Positions 50,444-61,577 are shown, numbered from the stretch's first letter. The stretch: DNA of 64,000 nucleotides from an uncultured delta proteobacterium (GCA_963771175.1 CAVYSY010000026.1:160001-224000); one strand, 5' to 3'. Translations and numbers: made by a program. The notes: generated by a model not told the origin, from the sequence alone.

Positions 50444-51614
50444 TCACCGCACCTGGCTCAGACGCGTCCAGGCCTCGGCGAGGGCATGCGCGGCGGCGAC
50501 CACGTCCTCCCGGGTCGTCGTCCGCCCCAGGGACAGGCGCACCGAGCCGAGCGCCGCTCGCGGCTCGACGCCCATCGCCGTGAGCACGGAGGAAGCGGAC
50601 TCCTCGCCCGCGTGGCACGCCGAGCCCGTGGACGCGGCGACCTCGGGAGTCGCCGCCAGGAGCGCCGCGCCGCTCACGCCGGGGAAGCGCACGTTCAGCG
50701 TGTTGGGCAGCCGCTCCGTCGGGATGACCGTTGAGCGCGAGCCCGGGGACGCGCGTCCGCAGCCGCTCCCAGCAGCTCGTCGCGCAGTGCGCGCACCCGC
50801 GTCGGCCTCCTGCCTCCAGGTCGCGGCGGGCCACGCTCGCACGCGACCCCGAGCCCCACGATGGACGGCCACGTTCTCGGTGCCCGGGCGCAGGCCGCGC
50901 TCGTGCCCGGCGCCGAGCAGCACCGGGCGCAGCGGCGTACCCGCGGCGCACGTACAGCGCGCCGACGCCCTTGGGCGCGTAGAGCTTGTGCCCGGCGACC
51001 GAGAGCAGGTCGACGCCGAGCTCGTCCACACGGTGGCGGCATCTTGCCGACGGACTGGGCCGCGTCGGTGTGCACCAGCGCGCCCGCGCGCGCGGGCGAC
51101 GTCGCGCAATCTCGGCGATCGGCTGCAGCACGCCGGTCTCGTTGTTGGCGTGCATCACCGTGACGAGCGCCGTGTCGTCGTCGCAGCGCGCGCGCACCGC
51201 CTCGGCGACACGGACCCGCCCGTGCTCGTCCACGCGCGACGCGACGTCACCCGCACGCCGTGCGCTCCAGGTCACGCGCACGGCTCCGCGGTGGCCGGGT
51301 GCTCGATGACCGAGGTCACGAGGTGCCGCTTCTCCGGCGAGCGCGTCCGCGACGCCGCGGATCGCGAGGTTGTTCGGCCTCGGTCCCGCCGCGACGTGAA
51401 GACGATCTCGTCCGGCTGCGCAGCCGAGCAGCGCCGCCACCTGCGCCCGCGCGCGCGTCGACGGCGCTCGTGCGCCCGCGCCCGTAGACGTGCGCGCTCG
51501 ACGGGTTGCCGAAGTGCTCGCGCAGGTACGGCAGCATCGCGTCGACGCACCTCCGGGCAGCACCGGCGTCGTCGCGTTGTGGTCGAGGTAGATGGGGTCG
51601 CGAGGCGCGGTCAT
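50444..51614 (-). CDS. Cysteine desulfurase (IscS/NifS group), many indels
   Basis: YLDHNATT, FGNPSS, HANNETG, AGHKLYAPKG, STGSACH scattered over three frames. Confidence 0.85.
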
Positions 51615-51648
51615 GGCGCCGGCATTCTCTCCCATCCGGAGCCCGGGT

Positions 51649-52345
51649 TCACGGTTTCCCGGCGAGCCCCGGCACGTCCTCCTTCACACACTGGAACGTC
51701 CCCGAGGGGAATGACTTGCAGCGCAACGCCGTACCCGCGGGCAGGTTCCCGGCCTTGCCTTGCTTCCTCACGCACACCAGCTCGTCGTAATCCGGCTCAC
51801 ATCGCAGCTCGCTGGCGTCCCGCGGAGGGCCCCAGCTCCTGTCGGGCGAGAACGCCTCATTGCAGACGGTGTGCCCCGTCCCCGCCGGCTCACACGTCAG
51901 GGTGGTGGGCTCCTCGGGGTCTGGACGCAGAGAGGTGCAGGGCCTCTGTGAGACGACGGCCGCACATTTCCGACCCCCTCCCGCGGGATCACTGTCGTAC
52001 CAGAGCCTCGACAACGACCCATCCGTCCGGCGGACGAACGCGGCGCGGATGGTCGAGTCGATACCGGCCAGGTCGAAGCCCACATGGAAGGGCTTTCCCG
52101 CTGCCTCTGCCTTTCGGGCACACGCGACGGCGGTCTCCCGCTGCGCCTCCTCGTGTGCCCACCCGCAGTCCACGGCGATCGCCGCCCGCGACCTGCCGAG
52201 CGAGCACTTCGATATCACAGGGATCGCAGCGCGAGTCCTGCAGGAGCCTGAACGTCGGGCGAGCCGCTGCGCTCCGATGGCCGCAGGCACTCACCCACAG
52301 ACACGAGACCACGAGGAAGACCACACGAACGGTGGAGAGGTGCAT
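51649..52345 (-). CDS. Cys-rich lipoprotein; frameshift near 52180
   Basis: Lipobox VSAC; continues into ORF 51649-52290. Confidence 0.55.
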
Positions 52346-52403
52346 GCTCCCGAGCCTAGAGCGCACCGCCCGCGGACGGGAGGTGCTATGCCCGGTTGTC
52401 GCC

Positions 52404-52976
52404 ATGACCCGCACCCTCACCATCGTCCCCCGTTGGGCCGGTCACTCCGACTCGGACTTCTATCCCTGGCTCATGCTCGAACGGCCCTCGGGATTCGACA
52501 CTGTGCGCGCGCTGGACATGCCGGACCCGAAGCAGCCCACCATCGACGCCTGGGTCTCCGCGCTCACCACCGCCGTGAGCCCGTCGCCCGCGTCCGGAAC
52601 CGTGCTCCTGGGACACAGCGTCGGGTGCCAGGCGGTGCTGCGCTACCTCGCGACGCTGCCTCCGGGCTGTACCGTGGACGGCGTGCTGCTCGTGGCCGGC
52701 TGGTGGAGCGTGGACAAGCCGTGGGACAGCCTCCGCCCGTGGACGGACACGCCGGTGGACCTCGCGCGGGCCCGGGCCGCCTCGCGCCGCTTCGTCGTCC
52801 TGCTGTCCGACAACGACCCCTTCACCTCGGACTTCCGCGAGAACGGCCGCCTCTGGCGGGAGCGCCTCGGCGCCGAGGTGGTGCTCGTGCCCGGTGCGCG
52901 TCACTTCAACGGCGCGCAGGAGCCCTCGGTGCTCGACGCACTGCGTTCCTTCTCCCAGCCACTGACCAATCCCTGA
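52404..52976 (+). CDS. RBBP9/YdeN alpha/beta hydrolase
   Basis: GHSVG, SDNDP, HF. Confidence 0.9.
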   Translation: MTRTLTIVPRWAGHSDSDFYPWLMLERPSGFDTVRALDMPDPKQPTIDAWVSALTTAVSPSPASGTVLLGHSVGCQAVLRYLATLPPGCTVDGVLLVAGWWSVDKPWDSLRPWTDTPVDLARARAASRRFVVLLSDNDPFTSDFRENGRLWRERLGAEVVLVPGARHFNGAQEPSVLDALRSFSQPLTNP

Positions 52977-53096
52977 CGAGCCGTCAGGGCCCCCCCTGGT
53001 GGGACGTCCGATACCCGACGCCCAGCCGCCATGCAGGCAGGGCTTGGACCGAGCTTGGTTGACCGGCCACACGCTGGGTCAAAGGATTGAGACGTC

Positions 53097-53504
53097 ATGA
53101 GCACGCTAGAGCCGAAGATCGTCGTCACGTCGTCCGACATGGAGCGGCTGCGGACCCTCATCGACACGACCGCGGGCGACCGGGCGGACGTGCTCGACGC
53201 GGAGCTGATGCGCGCCGTGGTGGTCGAACCCTCCGAGGTTCCACCGGACGTCGTCACCATGAACAGCCGCGTCGTCTACAGGGACGAGGACTCCCACGAG
53301 ACGCGCGAGGTGACGCTCTCGTACCCGAAGGATGCCTCCCTTGAGCAGGGACGGGTATCCGTGCTGGCGCCCGTGGGTGCGGCGCTGCTCGGGCTCTCGG
53401 TGGGGCAGGAAATCGAGTGGTTGCTGCCCGGGGGGAAGCACAAGCGCCTGCGCATCATCTCGGTCCCCTATCAGCCGCAGGCGGCGGGCAACACCCACCA
53501 CTGA
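53097..53504 (+). CDS. rnk: Nucleoside diphosphate kinase regulator (GreA/B C-terminal)
   Basis: DVVTMNSRV, SVLAPVGAALLGL, YQP. Confidence 0.92.
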   Translation: MSTLEPKIVVTSSDMERLRTLIDTTAGDRADVLDAELMRAVVVEPSEVPPDVVTMNSRVVYRDEDSHETREVTLSYPKDASLEQGRVSVLAPVGAALLGLSVGQEIEWLLPGGKHKRLRIISVPYQPQAAGNTHH

Positions 53505-53619
53505 GCGGAGCGGGAGGAGGGGTTCCATCCCCTCGGGTTGAACCCCAGCAACCGGCTCCGGGGCGAGAGCAGGAGCTCGGAGCACGAGCCCGGCCTCCTC
53601 TGCTACAAGCCCCCCGCGC

Positions 53620-55095
53620 ATGTCGGTTCCCCGCTCCCCTCCCCCGCCCCCGCTGTCTCGTGAGCGCTTCGAGGCCCTCGTGGCGGAGGGCTACAACCAG
53701 GTCCCCCTGGTCCGCCGGCTCGCGAGTGACGGGCTCCGACCGCTGGACCTGCTGCGAGCCCTGCCCCCGGGACATCGCTTCCTCCTGGAGAGCACCCGCG
53801 CCTCCACCGAGGGCCGCTACTCCTACGTGGGGGCAAAGCCCTTCCTCACCTTCCGGGCCAAGGGCTCGCGGTGCGAGGTGAACGGCGAGCCGCATCCGGG
53901 TGAGCCCCTGTCCACCCTGCGCGAGCTGCTGAAGCGCTGGCGGGGCGTGCGGCTGCCGGGGATGCCCCTCTTCTGCGGCGGCGCGGTGGGCTTCTTCGCC
54001 TACGAGGCCGCCCACTATTTCGAGTCCCTCCCGCGCCACCCGAACGACGACCTGGGCCTGCCGGACATCGCCCTCGACTTCGTGGACACCTTCGTGGCGG
54101 TGGATCACCAGGAGGGGCACGCGCTGGTGGTGGCCACGGGCGACGACTACGACGACTGCACCCGGCGGGTGGAGGCGCTGGAGCGCGTGGTGCGTGGTGT
54201 CCTGGCCACCGAGCCTCCTGCCCCTTCCTGGCACCTCGCGGACGGGCAGACGCCGGACGTGGCGTGGCGCTCCAACTTCACCCAGGAGGACTACCTGCGC
54301 GCGGTGGAGCGCGTGCGCGAGTACATCCGCGCGGGAGACACCTACCAGGTCAACCTCTCGCAGCGGTTGGAGGTGGAGCCGAGGCTGCCCGCGCTGGCGC
54401 TGTACGAGGCGCTGTCCGCCCTCAACCCGGTCCACTTCGCCAGCTACCTGGAGGTGGACGGCGTCGAGGTGGTGAGCGCCTCGCCCGAGCGGCTGGTGCG
54501 GGTGGAGGACGGCCAGGCCATCACCCGGCCCATCGCGGGCACGCGCCGCAAGGGCACGCCGGAGGAGAACGCGCGCTTCGTCCACGAGCTGCGCACCAAC
54601 GAGAAGGAGCGCGCCGAGCACGCGATGCTGGTGGACCTGGAGCGCAACGACCTGGGGCGCGTCTGCGCCTACGGCAGCGTCCAGGTGACGAAGCTGATGG
54701 AAATCATCGAGTACGCCCACGTCATCCACATCGAGTCCGAGGTGGTGGGCCGGCTGGCCCCGGGCGTGGAGCCGCTCGACGTGGTGGCGGCGGTGTTCCC
54801 GGGCGGCACCATCACCGGGCGTGCCGAAGATTCGCACCAGCAGCTCATCACCGAGCTGGAGCCACATGCCCGAGGGCTCTACACGGGCTCGCTCGGCTAC
54901 CTGAGCTTCACGGGCGAGCTGGACCTGAACATCGTCATCCGCACGATGGTGCTGAAGGGCGGCCGGGCCTGGGTGCAGGTGGGCGCGGGCATCGTCCACG
55001 ACTCGGAGCCGAGACGCGAGTACCAGGAGACGCTGCACAAGGCGCGCTCGTTGCTGCTCGCGCTGTCCGCGCGCCCGGTGGAGGACGCGGCATGA
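53620..55095 (+). CDS. pabB: Aminodeoxychorismate/anthranilate synthase component I
   Basis: [36 protein letters not shown]; clustered with PabA- and PabC-like genes. Confidence 0.8.
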   Translation: MSVPRSPPPPPLSRERFEALVAEGYNQVPLVRRLASDGLRPLDLLRALPPGHRFLLESTRASTEGRYSYVGAKPFLTFRAKGSRCEVNGEPHPGEPLSTLRELLKRWRGVRLPGMPLFCGGAVGFFAYEAAHYFESLPRHPNDDLGLPDIALDFVDTFVAVDHQEGHALVVATGDDYDDCTRRVEALERVVRGVLATEPPAPSWHLADGQTPDVAWRSNFTQEDYLRAVERVREYIRAGDTYQVNLSQRLEVEPRLPALALYEALSALNPVHFASYLEVDGVEVVSASPERLVRVEDGQAITRPIAGTRRKGTPEENARFVHELRTNEKERAEHAMLVDLERNDLGRVCAYGSVQVTKLMEIIEYAHVIHIESEVVGRLAPGVEPLDVVAAVFPGGTITGRAEDSHQQLITELEPHARGLYTGSLGYLSFTGELDLNIVIRTMVLKGGRAWVQVGAGIVHDSEPRREYQETLHKARSLLLALSARPVEDAA

Positions 55096-55661
55096 TGCTG
55101 CTCATCGACAACTTCGACTCCTTCACCTTCAACCTCGTCCAGGCGCTGGGCAGCCTCGGGGCGGAGCTGAAGGTGGTGCGCAACGACGCCCTCACCCTCG
55201 CCGACGTGGAGGCGCTGCGGCCGGACCACATCGTCATCTCCCCGGGCCCGTGCACTCCGAACGAGGCCGGCATCTCGCTGGACGTCATCCGCGCCTTCGC
55301 GGGCCGGGTGCCCGTGCTCGGGGTGTGCCTGGGTCACCAGTCCATCGGACAGGTGTTCGGCGGGCGCGTCGTCCGGGCCCCGGTGCCCGTCCACGGCAAG
55401 ACGGCCGACATCCACCACGATGGCCGGGGTGTCTTCCGGGGTCTGCCCAACCCGTTCGTCGCCGCGCGCTACCACTCGCTGGTGGTGGACCGGGCGAGCC
55501 TCCCGGACTGCCTGGAGGTGTCGGCCTGGTGCGGCGACCTGGTGATGGGCCTGCGGCACCGCGAGTACCCGTGGCTGGAGGGCATCCAGTTCCATCCCGA
55601 GTCCTTCCTCACGCCGCACGGGAACCAGTTGCTCGCCCGGTTCCTGGAGGCACGGCTCTGA
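55092..55661 (+). CDS. pabA: Glutamine amidotransferase component II
   Basis: [30 protein letters not shown]. Confidence 0.85.
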   Translation: MMLLIDNFDSFTFNLVQALGSLGAELKVVRNDALTLADVEALRPDHIVISPGPCTPNEAGISLDVIRAFAGRVPVLGVCLGHQSIGQVFGGRVVRAPVPVHGKTADIHHDGRGVFRGLPNPFVAARYHSLVVDRASLPDCLEVSAWCGDLVMGLRHREYPWLEGIQFHPESFLTPHGNQLLARFLEARL

Positions 55662-56530
55662 TGATGGAAACCGTCGCGGTGAACGGAGAGGTGCGAAGGC
55701 TGGGGGACCTGCGGCTCCAGGACTTCCTCCAGTCCTTCTTCTTCGGCGCGGGGTTCTTCGAGACGTTCCTCGTCACCGAGGGCGCCCCGATGTTCCTCGA
55801 GCGGCACCTCGCACGGCTGCGGGCGAGTCTCGCGGCCCATCACGACTGCGTGCGCCCTCCCCCGCCGGAAGCCCTCACCGCCGAGGCCGTCCTCGAGGCC
55901 CTGCGCCGATGCCTGGAGGCGGATGCCAGCCTGGGGCCGCGCTTCACCGGCGTGGGCAAGCTGGTGGCGGGAGATGGCCGGCTGCTGCTGTCCTTCCGTC
56001 CCCTCCCAAGCGACCACGAGCGCACCCTGCGCGAGGGTCGCGTCCACGATGAGTTGGAGCGCCAGGGTTACCGACGGGGTGACCCCACGCTGAAGCACAA
56101 GAGCGTCTCGTACCTCCGGCAGTACGCGCACCTCGGGCGGGGAACGGTCTTCTGCAACGAGCTCGGGGAGCTCTGCGAGGCGCCGAACGGGAACCTGTTC
56201 TTCCTCGTGGAGGACGCGGTGGTGACGCCGCCGCTGGAGGCCCCGTGCCTCCCGGGCATCATCCGCTCCGTACTGCTGGAGGAGGGGCGGCTCGGGGAGA
56301 TGCCCGTCGTGGAGCGCGCGGTGCCGCTGGAGCGGCTGGAGGACGTGCGCGGGTGTGTCCTCACCAACTCCGTCAGCCTCGCGCTGGCCGTCCCGCGATT
56401 GCTCGGGCGGGAGCTGCCCGCGAGCCGGGAGCTGGCCGAGCGCGCTCGGGCCGTGGCCCTCGTCCAGGGGGAGCGGGTCCTTACGCGGGCCCCTGGAAGT
56501 CGAGGCCCTGTCGCACCTCGGCGTCCGTGA
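55661..56530 (+). CDS. Aminotransferase class IV (ADC lyase-like)
   Basis: GFFETF, HLARL, HKSVSY, E..NGNLF, LPGIIR, TNS. Confidence 0.85.
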   Translation: MMETVAVNGEVRRLGDLRLQDFLQSFFFGAGFFETFLVTEGAPMFLERHLARLRASLAAHHDCVRPPPPEALTAEAVLEALRRCLEADASLGPRFTGVGKLVAGDGRLLLSFRPLPSDHERTLREGRVHDELERQGYRRGDPTLKHKSVSYLRQYAHLGRGTVFCNELGELCEAPNGNLFFLVEDAVVTPPLEAPCLPGIIRSVLLEEGRLGEMPVVERAVPLERLEDVRGCVLTNSVSLALAVPRLLGRELPASRELAERARAVALVQGERVLTRAPGSRGPVAPRRP

Positions 56531-57281
56531 GCAACCGGTAGGAGCCCTCCGGCACGTCGAGCGTCACCTCGCCCACGGCCTCGCGGTGCAGCGTCCGCAC
56601 CGGGTGCCCCACCGCCGCCAGCATCCGCTTCACCTGGTGGTGCCGTCCCTCGGTGAGCACCAGCTCGACCCGACTGGGAGTCAGCAGCCGAGCCCCCGCT
56701 GGCCGGGTGGGCCCATCCTCGAGCACCACGCCCTCCGCGCAGCCTCGCAGGGCCTCCTCCGAGGGCTGTCCCTCGACCTCCGTCACGTACCGCTTGGAGA
56801 CGTGCGTCTCCGGAGAGGTCGCGTGCGCCACCAGTCGCTCCTCGTTGGTGAAGAGCAGCAACCCCGTCGTGTCCCGGTCCAACCGCCCCACCGCGTACCA
56901 CTCGTAACCGCGCAGCTCCGGCGGCAGCACCGCCCGTAGACGCTCGAAGACCGTTCCGATGCCCTCGGGGTCGTGCCCCGCCACCACCACGCCCGCGGGC
57001 TTGTGGAACATCAGCACCAGCGTCCGCGCCTCCAGCGAGCGCGGCTGCCCCTCCACCCGCACCGCGCTCCCCGCGTGCACCGGCGCGAAGGGGTCTCGCT
57101 CCACGCGTCCGTCCACCTCCACGCGGCCCTCCTGGATGGCCTGCTCCGCCTCGGCCCGGGGCAGCACTCCCGCTCGCCCCAGCGCACGCGCGAGCCAGTC
57201 CACGCGGCTTCCCTCCGGCACCGGCTCCTTGCGCCGACGCGCGGCCTCCAGCCACCGCGGCGTCTTCGACTTCCTCGCCAT
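56481..57281 (-). CDS. RsuA-family pseudouridine synthase
   Basis: HKPAG, VGRLDRDTTGLL, EGRHHQVKRM. Confidence 0.93.
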   Translation of the reverse strand: MARKSKTPRWLEAARRRKEPVPEGSRVDWLARALGRAGVLPRAEAEQAIQEGRVEVDGRVERDPFAPVHAGSAVRVEGQPRSLEARTLVLMFHKPAGVVVAGHDPEGIGTVFERLRAVLPPELRGYEWYAVGRLDRDTTGLLLFTNEERLVAHATSPETHVSKRYVTEVEGQPSEEALRGCAEGVVLEDGPTRPAGARLLTPSRVELVLTEGRHHQVKRMLAAVGHPVRTLHREAVGEVTLDVPEGSYRLLTDAEVRQGLDFQGPA

Positions 57282-57467
57282 CCCCGACTCCTTCTCCAGC
57301 GTCCGTATCTTCTATTCCCCGACCCCGCGTGCGCCCCTCCGCTGCCCGCCACACGAGCGCGCCCGACCTGATTCCTGGCACTTGCCCACGCATGCCTACC
57401 TTGAACCATGTGTGGGTCAGCCCCGGCATGCGCAGCATCCATTCCCAACCTACTCGGAGGAGACTGC

Positions 57468-57911
57468 ATGGCAACCGTGACTGAAGGAGGAATCCAGGGC
57501 ACCACCCATGCCGGCAGCAGCACCGGCGCATCGCCAGGCTCCAGTGAGGTCTCGTCCCAGCAGTCAGACATCGGCATCACCGCCCAGGGCAAGGAGCAGG
57601 TGAAGCGCGTCACCGGAGTGACCCGGGAGCGGGTCTACCACCAGGTGGACAACAAGAAGGAAGATCTCATCAAGGGCCTGCACGGCTTCGTCTCCACGTT
57701 GGAGAACGCCTCGCGGAACACCGAGGGCTTCTCGCAGCAGTTGCTGGGTGGCGCCGTGGGCTACGTCCGCAAGTTCTCGGACCGCATCGAGAACGGCTCC
57801 ACCGAGGAACTGGTGCAGGAGGCCCGGCAATTCATCCGCGAGCGGCCCGTGCCCTTCTTCGCCGGCTGCATCGCCGTGGGGTTCCTCGCTGCCCGAGTCC
57901 TGAAGGAATAG
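57468..57911 (+). CDS. ElaB/YqjD-like tail-anchored protein
   Basis: FIRERPVPFFAGCIAVGFLAARVLK C-terminal anchor. Confidence 0.7.
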   Translation: MATVTEGGIQGTTHAGSSTGASPGSSEVSSQQSDIGITAQGKEQVKRVTGVTRERVYHQVDNKKEDLIKGLHGFVSTLENASRNTEGFSQQLLGGAVGYVRKFSDRIENGSTEELVQEARQFIRERPVPFFAGCIAVGFLAARVLKE

Positions 57912-57921
57912 GGAGGACACG

Positions 57922-58398
57922 ATGCAGCCCTACAACACAGACAACCGAGGCAGCCCCCGCTACGAGGACCGCACCGTCCCGGGCGATGGCTCGTCGGGCC
58001 GTGAGTTCGGCTCGCTCCTGGGTGAGTTCTTCGACCAGGGCAAGCGGCTGATCCGCGCGGAAGTCACCCTCGCGAAGACCGAGCTGCGCGATGAGCTGAC
58101 GAAGTTCAAGGCGGGCGGCGCGATGGTGGGCGCGGGTGGCGCGCTGCTCTTCATCGGAGGCATCGCCTTCATGCTCTTCGCCTGCACCGCGCTGGCGCTG
58201 GTGATGCCCTTCTGGGCCGCGGCCCTCATCGTCACGGTGCTCTTCCTCGCCGTGGGTGGAGGCATCGCCTACGCCGGCATCCAGCGCATGAAGAAGCTCC
58301 ACGCACCCGAGAAAACCATCCAGACCCTCAAGGAGGACAATCAATGGGCGAGCAGGACGTTCCAATCCGTGAAATCTCAGATGCACGGGCACGCATGA
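57922..58398 (+). CDS. Phage-holin-family (YqjE-like) membrane protein
   Basis: LIRAEVTLAKTEL, two TMs, PEKTIQTLKED. Confidence 0.85.
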   Translation: MQPYNTDNRGSPRYEDRTVPGDGSSGREFGSLLGEFFDQGKRLIRAEVTLAKTELRDELTKFKAGGAMVGAGGALLFIGGIAFMLFACTALALVMPFWAAALIVTVLFLAVGGGIAYAGIQRMKKLHAPEKTIQTLKEDNQWASRTFQSVKSQMHGHA

Positions 58399-59309
58399 GC
58401 GAGCTCGCCGACGAAATGGCCCGCCGCATGGAACCGGAGCACCTCAAGGCGATCGCCGCCGAGAAGGTCTCCGATTTCAAGGAGCAGGCCCGAGAGCGAG
58501 CGACGGAGAAGGTCGACGAAATCAAGACGCACGCCAAGGAGGCGGTCATGCGCAGGACAACGGAAATCAGGGAGCGAGCGGACACTCCCAAGGGATGGAG
58601 CATGCTCGGAGCCATTCTAGGCGCCGGGGTCGGCTCGCTGCTGATGAAGAAGGCCTTCGACGTGCGCCGAGAGTCCGGCGGGCACATGGGCTACCAGGGC
58701 CGGCGCATGTACGGCCGCTATGACCTGGAGACGCCGGAGCTGGTGCCCGCCCCCGAAGGTGGCCTGATGCGGCCCACCGGTGACGTGCGCGGCACGCTGG
58801 GCAGCGACATCGGCGTGCGGACCAGCACGGACGTGGGCAGCGTGGACACGGGAGAAGGCGGGCTGAAGGCTCGCGCCTCGGATGTCATCGACACGGCGAA
58901 GGAGAAAGCCTCCGAGCTCAAGGGACGCGCGAGCGACCTCGTGGACCGGGCCACGGAGAAGACCCATGGGCTGCGTGAGCGCATTCCGGATCGGGGCGAG
59001 CTGCGGCACCAGGCCTCGGACTGGTACGGCACCGTGAAAGACAACCCGGTGCTGCTGGCCATCGGCGGCCTCGCGGTCGGCGCGCTGTTCGCCAGCTTCA
59101 TCCCGGTGACCAACCGCGAGCGCCAGCTCTTCGAGCCGGCCAAGAGCAAGGTGAAGGAGCGCATCTCCACCCTCGGCGACCAGCTCGAGAGCAAAATCTC
59201 AGGCCAGGAGGAGGAAGTCGAGGCGTCCGCCGCCTCGGAGAGCGAGCGCGAGCGCGGCACCATTCCGCCGCTGCCGCCGCTTGACGACTACACCTCCACC
59301 ATTCACTGA
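58395..59309 (+). CDS. DUF3618/LEA-like protein
   Basis: ATGA overlap; hydrophilic repeats; NPVLLAIGGLAVGA..PVTNRE. Confidence 0.7.
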   Translation: MSELADEMARRMEPEHLKAIAAEKVSDFKEQARERATEKVDEIKTHAKEAVMRRTTEIRERADTPKGWSMLGAILGAGVGSLLMKKAFDVRRESGGHMGYQGRRMYGRYDLETPELVPAPEGGLMRPTGDVRGTLGSDIGVRTSTDVGSVDTGEGGLKARASDVIDTAKEKASELKGRASDLVDRATEKTHGLRERIPDRGELRHQASDWYGTVKDNPVLLAIGGLAVGALFASFIPVTNRERQLFEPAKSKVKERISTLGDQLESKISGQEEEVEASAASESERERGTIPPLPPLDDYTSTIH

Positions 59310-59367
59310 GCAGGGTGCGGAGCGCACGAGGCCGGACGGGGAGACCACCGCCTCGCCCGGCCTTGCG

Positions 59368-59943
59368 CTATCCGCCGTCCACCGGAGCCGCGGCGCGTGC
59401 CCGCCACTCCCGATCGAGGACGGCGTAGATGAGCGAGTCGCACCACTCGCCCTTGATGAAGGCGTTCTCGCGGAAGTGTGCCTCCTGGCGCATGCCCAGC
59501 TTCTCCATCACCCGGACGGAAGCGGGGTTGCGCGGATCACAGTCTGCCCACACGCGGTGCAGGCCGAGCGTCCCGAAGCCGAAGTCCACGAGCGCCCGCG
59601 CCGCCTCGGGGATGTAGCCCCGGCCCCACTGAGAGCGGTCGAGGATGTACCAGAGGGTGGCCTCGCGCAGCTCGGGGTCGGTGATGTTCATGCCACAGCG
59701 CCCGATGAGCTGGTTGCCATCACGCAGCACCACGGCCAGGTCATAGATGCGCCGGGGCGTCTCACGCGCCACGGCCCTCACGCGGCGGATGTAGTCCCGG
59801 CTCTCCTCGGGAGTGCGGACCCCGTGGGACTGGTAGCGCACCACCTCCGGATCGGACTCGTAGGGGTGGGTGGCGCGCCAGTCGTCCTCCTCGAACTCGC
59901 GCAGCAGCAGGCGAGGCGTGGTCAGCGGCGAGGTGAACAGCAT
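59368..59943 (-). CDS. RimJ/RimL-type GNAT acetyltransferase
   Basis: TPRLLLREF, WGRGY, NPASVRVMEKLGM. Confidence 0.92.
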   Translation of the reverse strand: MLFTSPLTTPRLLLREFEEDDWRATHPYESDPEVVRYQSHGVRTPEESRDYIRRVRAVARETPRRIYDLAVVLRDGNQLIGRCGMNITDPELREATLWYILDRSQWGRGYIPEAARALVDFGFGTLGLHRVWADCDPRNPASVRVMEKLGMRQEAHFRENAFIKGEWCDSLIYAVLDREWRARAAAPVDGG

Positions 59944-59947
59944 GACG

Positions 59948-60529
59948 TCAGGCCTCCTGGGCCGGAGCACCGGGGAAAAAGGCGTGGGCCTTGCCCTGCG
60001 CGTCGATGTAGCTGAAGTCCTGGAAGCGCGCGGCATCGGGGGAGTCCGGGTGCTGGCGAGCCTCCGCGAGTCGCGCGTACGAGAGGGAGTCGATGTCCTC
60101 CTCCTTCACGCCCGCGAGCGCGAGGAACCCGGGGCGGCTGTCCCCATCGCGCAGGAGCGTGGGCCGGTGGCCCTTGAAGTCGAGGGCGGTGGACACCCGC
60201 TGGAGGGCGGCATGGGCCTGGGAGAGCTGCTTCGCGGTGCGCATCCGCAGGGCCACCTCCTCGCGGGTCTGGCAGCTCCCGTCCACGTGGACGCTGACCC
60301 GCAGACTGTCCTCGGTGACGGAGAAGACGAGGACGCGGCTCTTGGGGAGCTCGCGGGAGAGGGTGGTCGCGGCCTCCTCGGCGGCCTCGCCCTCTGCGTG
60401 GGGCCACAGCCGCAGCGCCTTGCCCGGACCGGCGGCGAGGAAGGCCGACAACTGGCGGGAGCCGAGCCAGCGCTGCACCTTGGTGCGGGCCGCTCCCAGC
60501 ACGATGAATCCCTGCGCGAAGTCACTCAT
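59948..60529 (-). CDS. Hypothetical protein
   Basis: High-GC3 ORF co-oriented with the GNAT gene. Confidence 0.65.
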   Translation of the reverse strand: MSDFAQGFIVLGAARTKVQRWLGSRQLSAFLAAGPGKALRLWPHAEGEAAEEAATTLSRELPKSRVLVFSVTEDSLRVSVHVDGSCQTREEVALRMRTAKQLSQAHAALQRVSTALDFKGHRPTLLRDGDSRPGFLALAGVKEEDIDSLSYARLAEARQHPDSPDAARFQDFSYIDAQGKAHAFFPGAPAQEA

Positions 60530-60562
60530 GGGGCGCAAGAGCACGTCGAAGCAGCGTTCTCG

Positions 60563-61060
60563 TCAAGAGGCAGGAACGATTCGCCACGCTTCGGAGCCCT
60601 TGCCTTCTTCGGCAACCATCCGGACCGGCCTGGCCTCGACGAGTCCCGTCTCCTCGAGCGGGTACTCCTCGATGGGCTTGTCCACCATCACCATGAGCCG
60701 CAGGAGCCTCTCGGCAGGCTGACCCATGGGCGCCGGAGCATCGACGCGCTCCCACTTGGAGACGGTCGTCTTGTCGACCCCCATCTTGTCCGCGAAGTCC
60801 TTGCTGGAGAGCCCGAGGTATTTCCGCAAGAAGCGGATCTCCTTCGGACCGAGCTTCTCCCGACGCCTGGCCACCGTCATGGCCAGACGGCGGTGCAGCT
60901 CTTCAATCTTGAAGATGCCCACCTCGCGCTCGCCGCACTTGGGGCACCGGTAGACCATGACCCCCTTCAAAGTGACGTTATCCAACCCGATGAGGTCGTC
61001 CTTGATGTTCTCCCGGGTCCCCTTCATGGGCGTGCCGCACATGAGACACTTGTCGTTCAC
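60563..61060 (-). CDS. MqsA/YgiT-type Zn-finger plus HTH antitoxin
   Basis: CLMCG...CPKCGE; IRFLRKYLGLSSKDFADKMGVDKTTVSKWE. Confidence 0.85.
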   Translation of the reverse strand: MNDKCLMCGTPMKGTRENIKDDLIGLDNVTLKGVMVYRCPKCGEREVGIFKIEELHRRLAMTVARRREKLGPKEIRFLRKYLGLSSKDFADKMGVDKTTVSKWERVDAPAPMGQPAERLLRLMVMVDKPIEEYPLEETGLVEARPVRMVAEEGKGSEAWRIVPAS

Positions 61061-61342
61061 CGGTTCCTCCGCATGGCGGTCACCACCACGAGCGTGCTCT
61101 CGTCCGAAAGGCGATGACCACGCGAATCATCGAAGTCTCGACGTGGTACCGCCAGCTCCCGTTCTCCCACTCCGGCTCACGCACTACGCCTCCGCGGAGC
61201 ACGTTTTCCACGTCCCTTCGTGAGAGCTCGTCCTTTCGCATTTCGTCTTCGGCGTGATTGCTGAAGAAATCACCCTCCTTCAGGATGGCCTGACCAGCTT
61301 CTTGGCATCACCTGCCCGGAGTTGACCTGTAACGTCGTACAT
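61057..61342 (-). CDS. DUF4258-like toxin with two apparent 1-nt deletions
   Basis: FSNHAEDEMRKDELSRRDVENVLRGG...WRYHVET...LVVVTAMR; GTGA overlap with the antitoxin. Confidence 0.7.
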
Positions 61343-61577
61343 TGGGAAAATACCAACTCTTGGAGAAACCTCAACTGCGCTCGCCTGCTCTCCGGGCGTT
61401 CTGCAAGCTGCTCGCCAGTTCGGACCCCAAGGGATTTCGCGCCTTTGCCGTACTGCACATGGCTCACGACTGAGACGGGTGAGCGCCTCCTCGGACGCTG
61501 GCCCGAGGACAGGCTGGCGGCGAACCTTCACGGAGGCTTCGTTTGACTCCCCCGGGGGCCTCTGCCATGTGCGCCCC

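Noticed and set aside
50286..52976. 896-aa plus-strand ORF
   Set aside because: Only the part from ATG 52404 is a real hydrolase; the rest is antisense to other genes.
54810..54845. Novel active-site variant or recoding in PabB
   Set aside because: A compensating +1/-1 indel pair restores the canonical motif; most likely sequencing error.
57922..58398. Holin as evidence of a prophage
   Set aside because: This family commonly sits in chromosomal ElaB/YqjE/DUF3618-like operons; no phage genes nearby.
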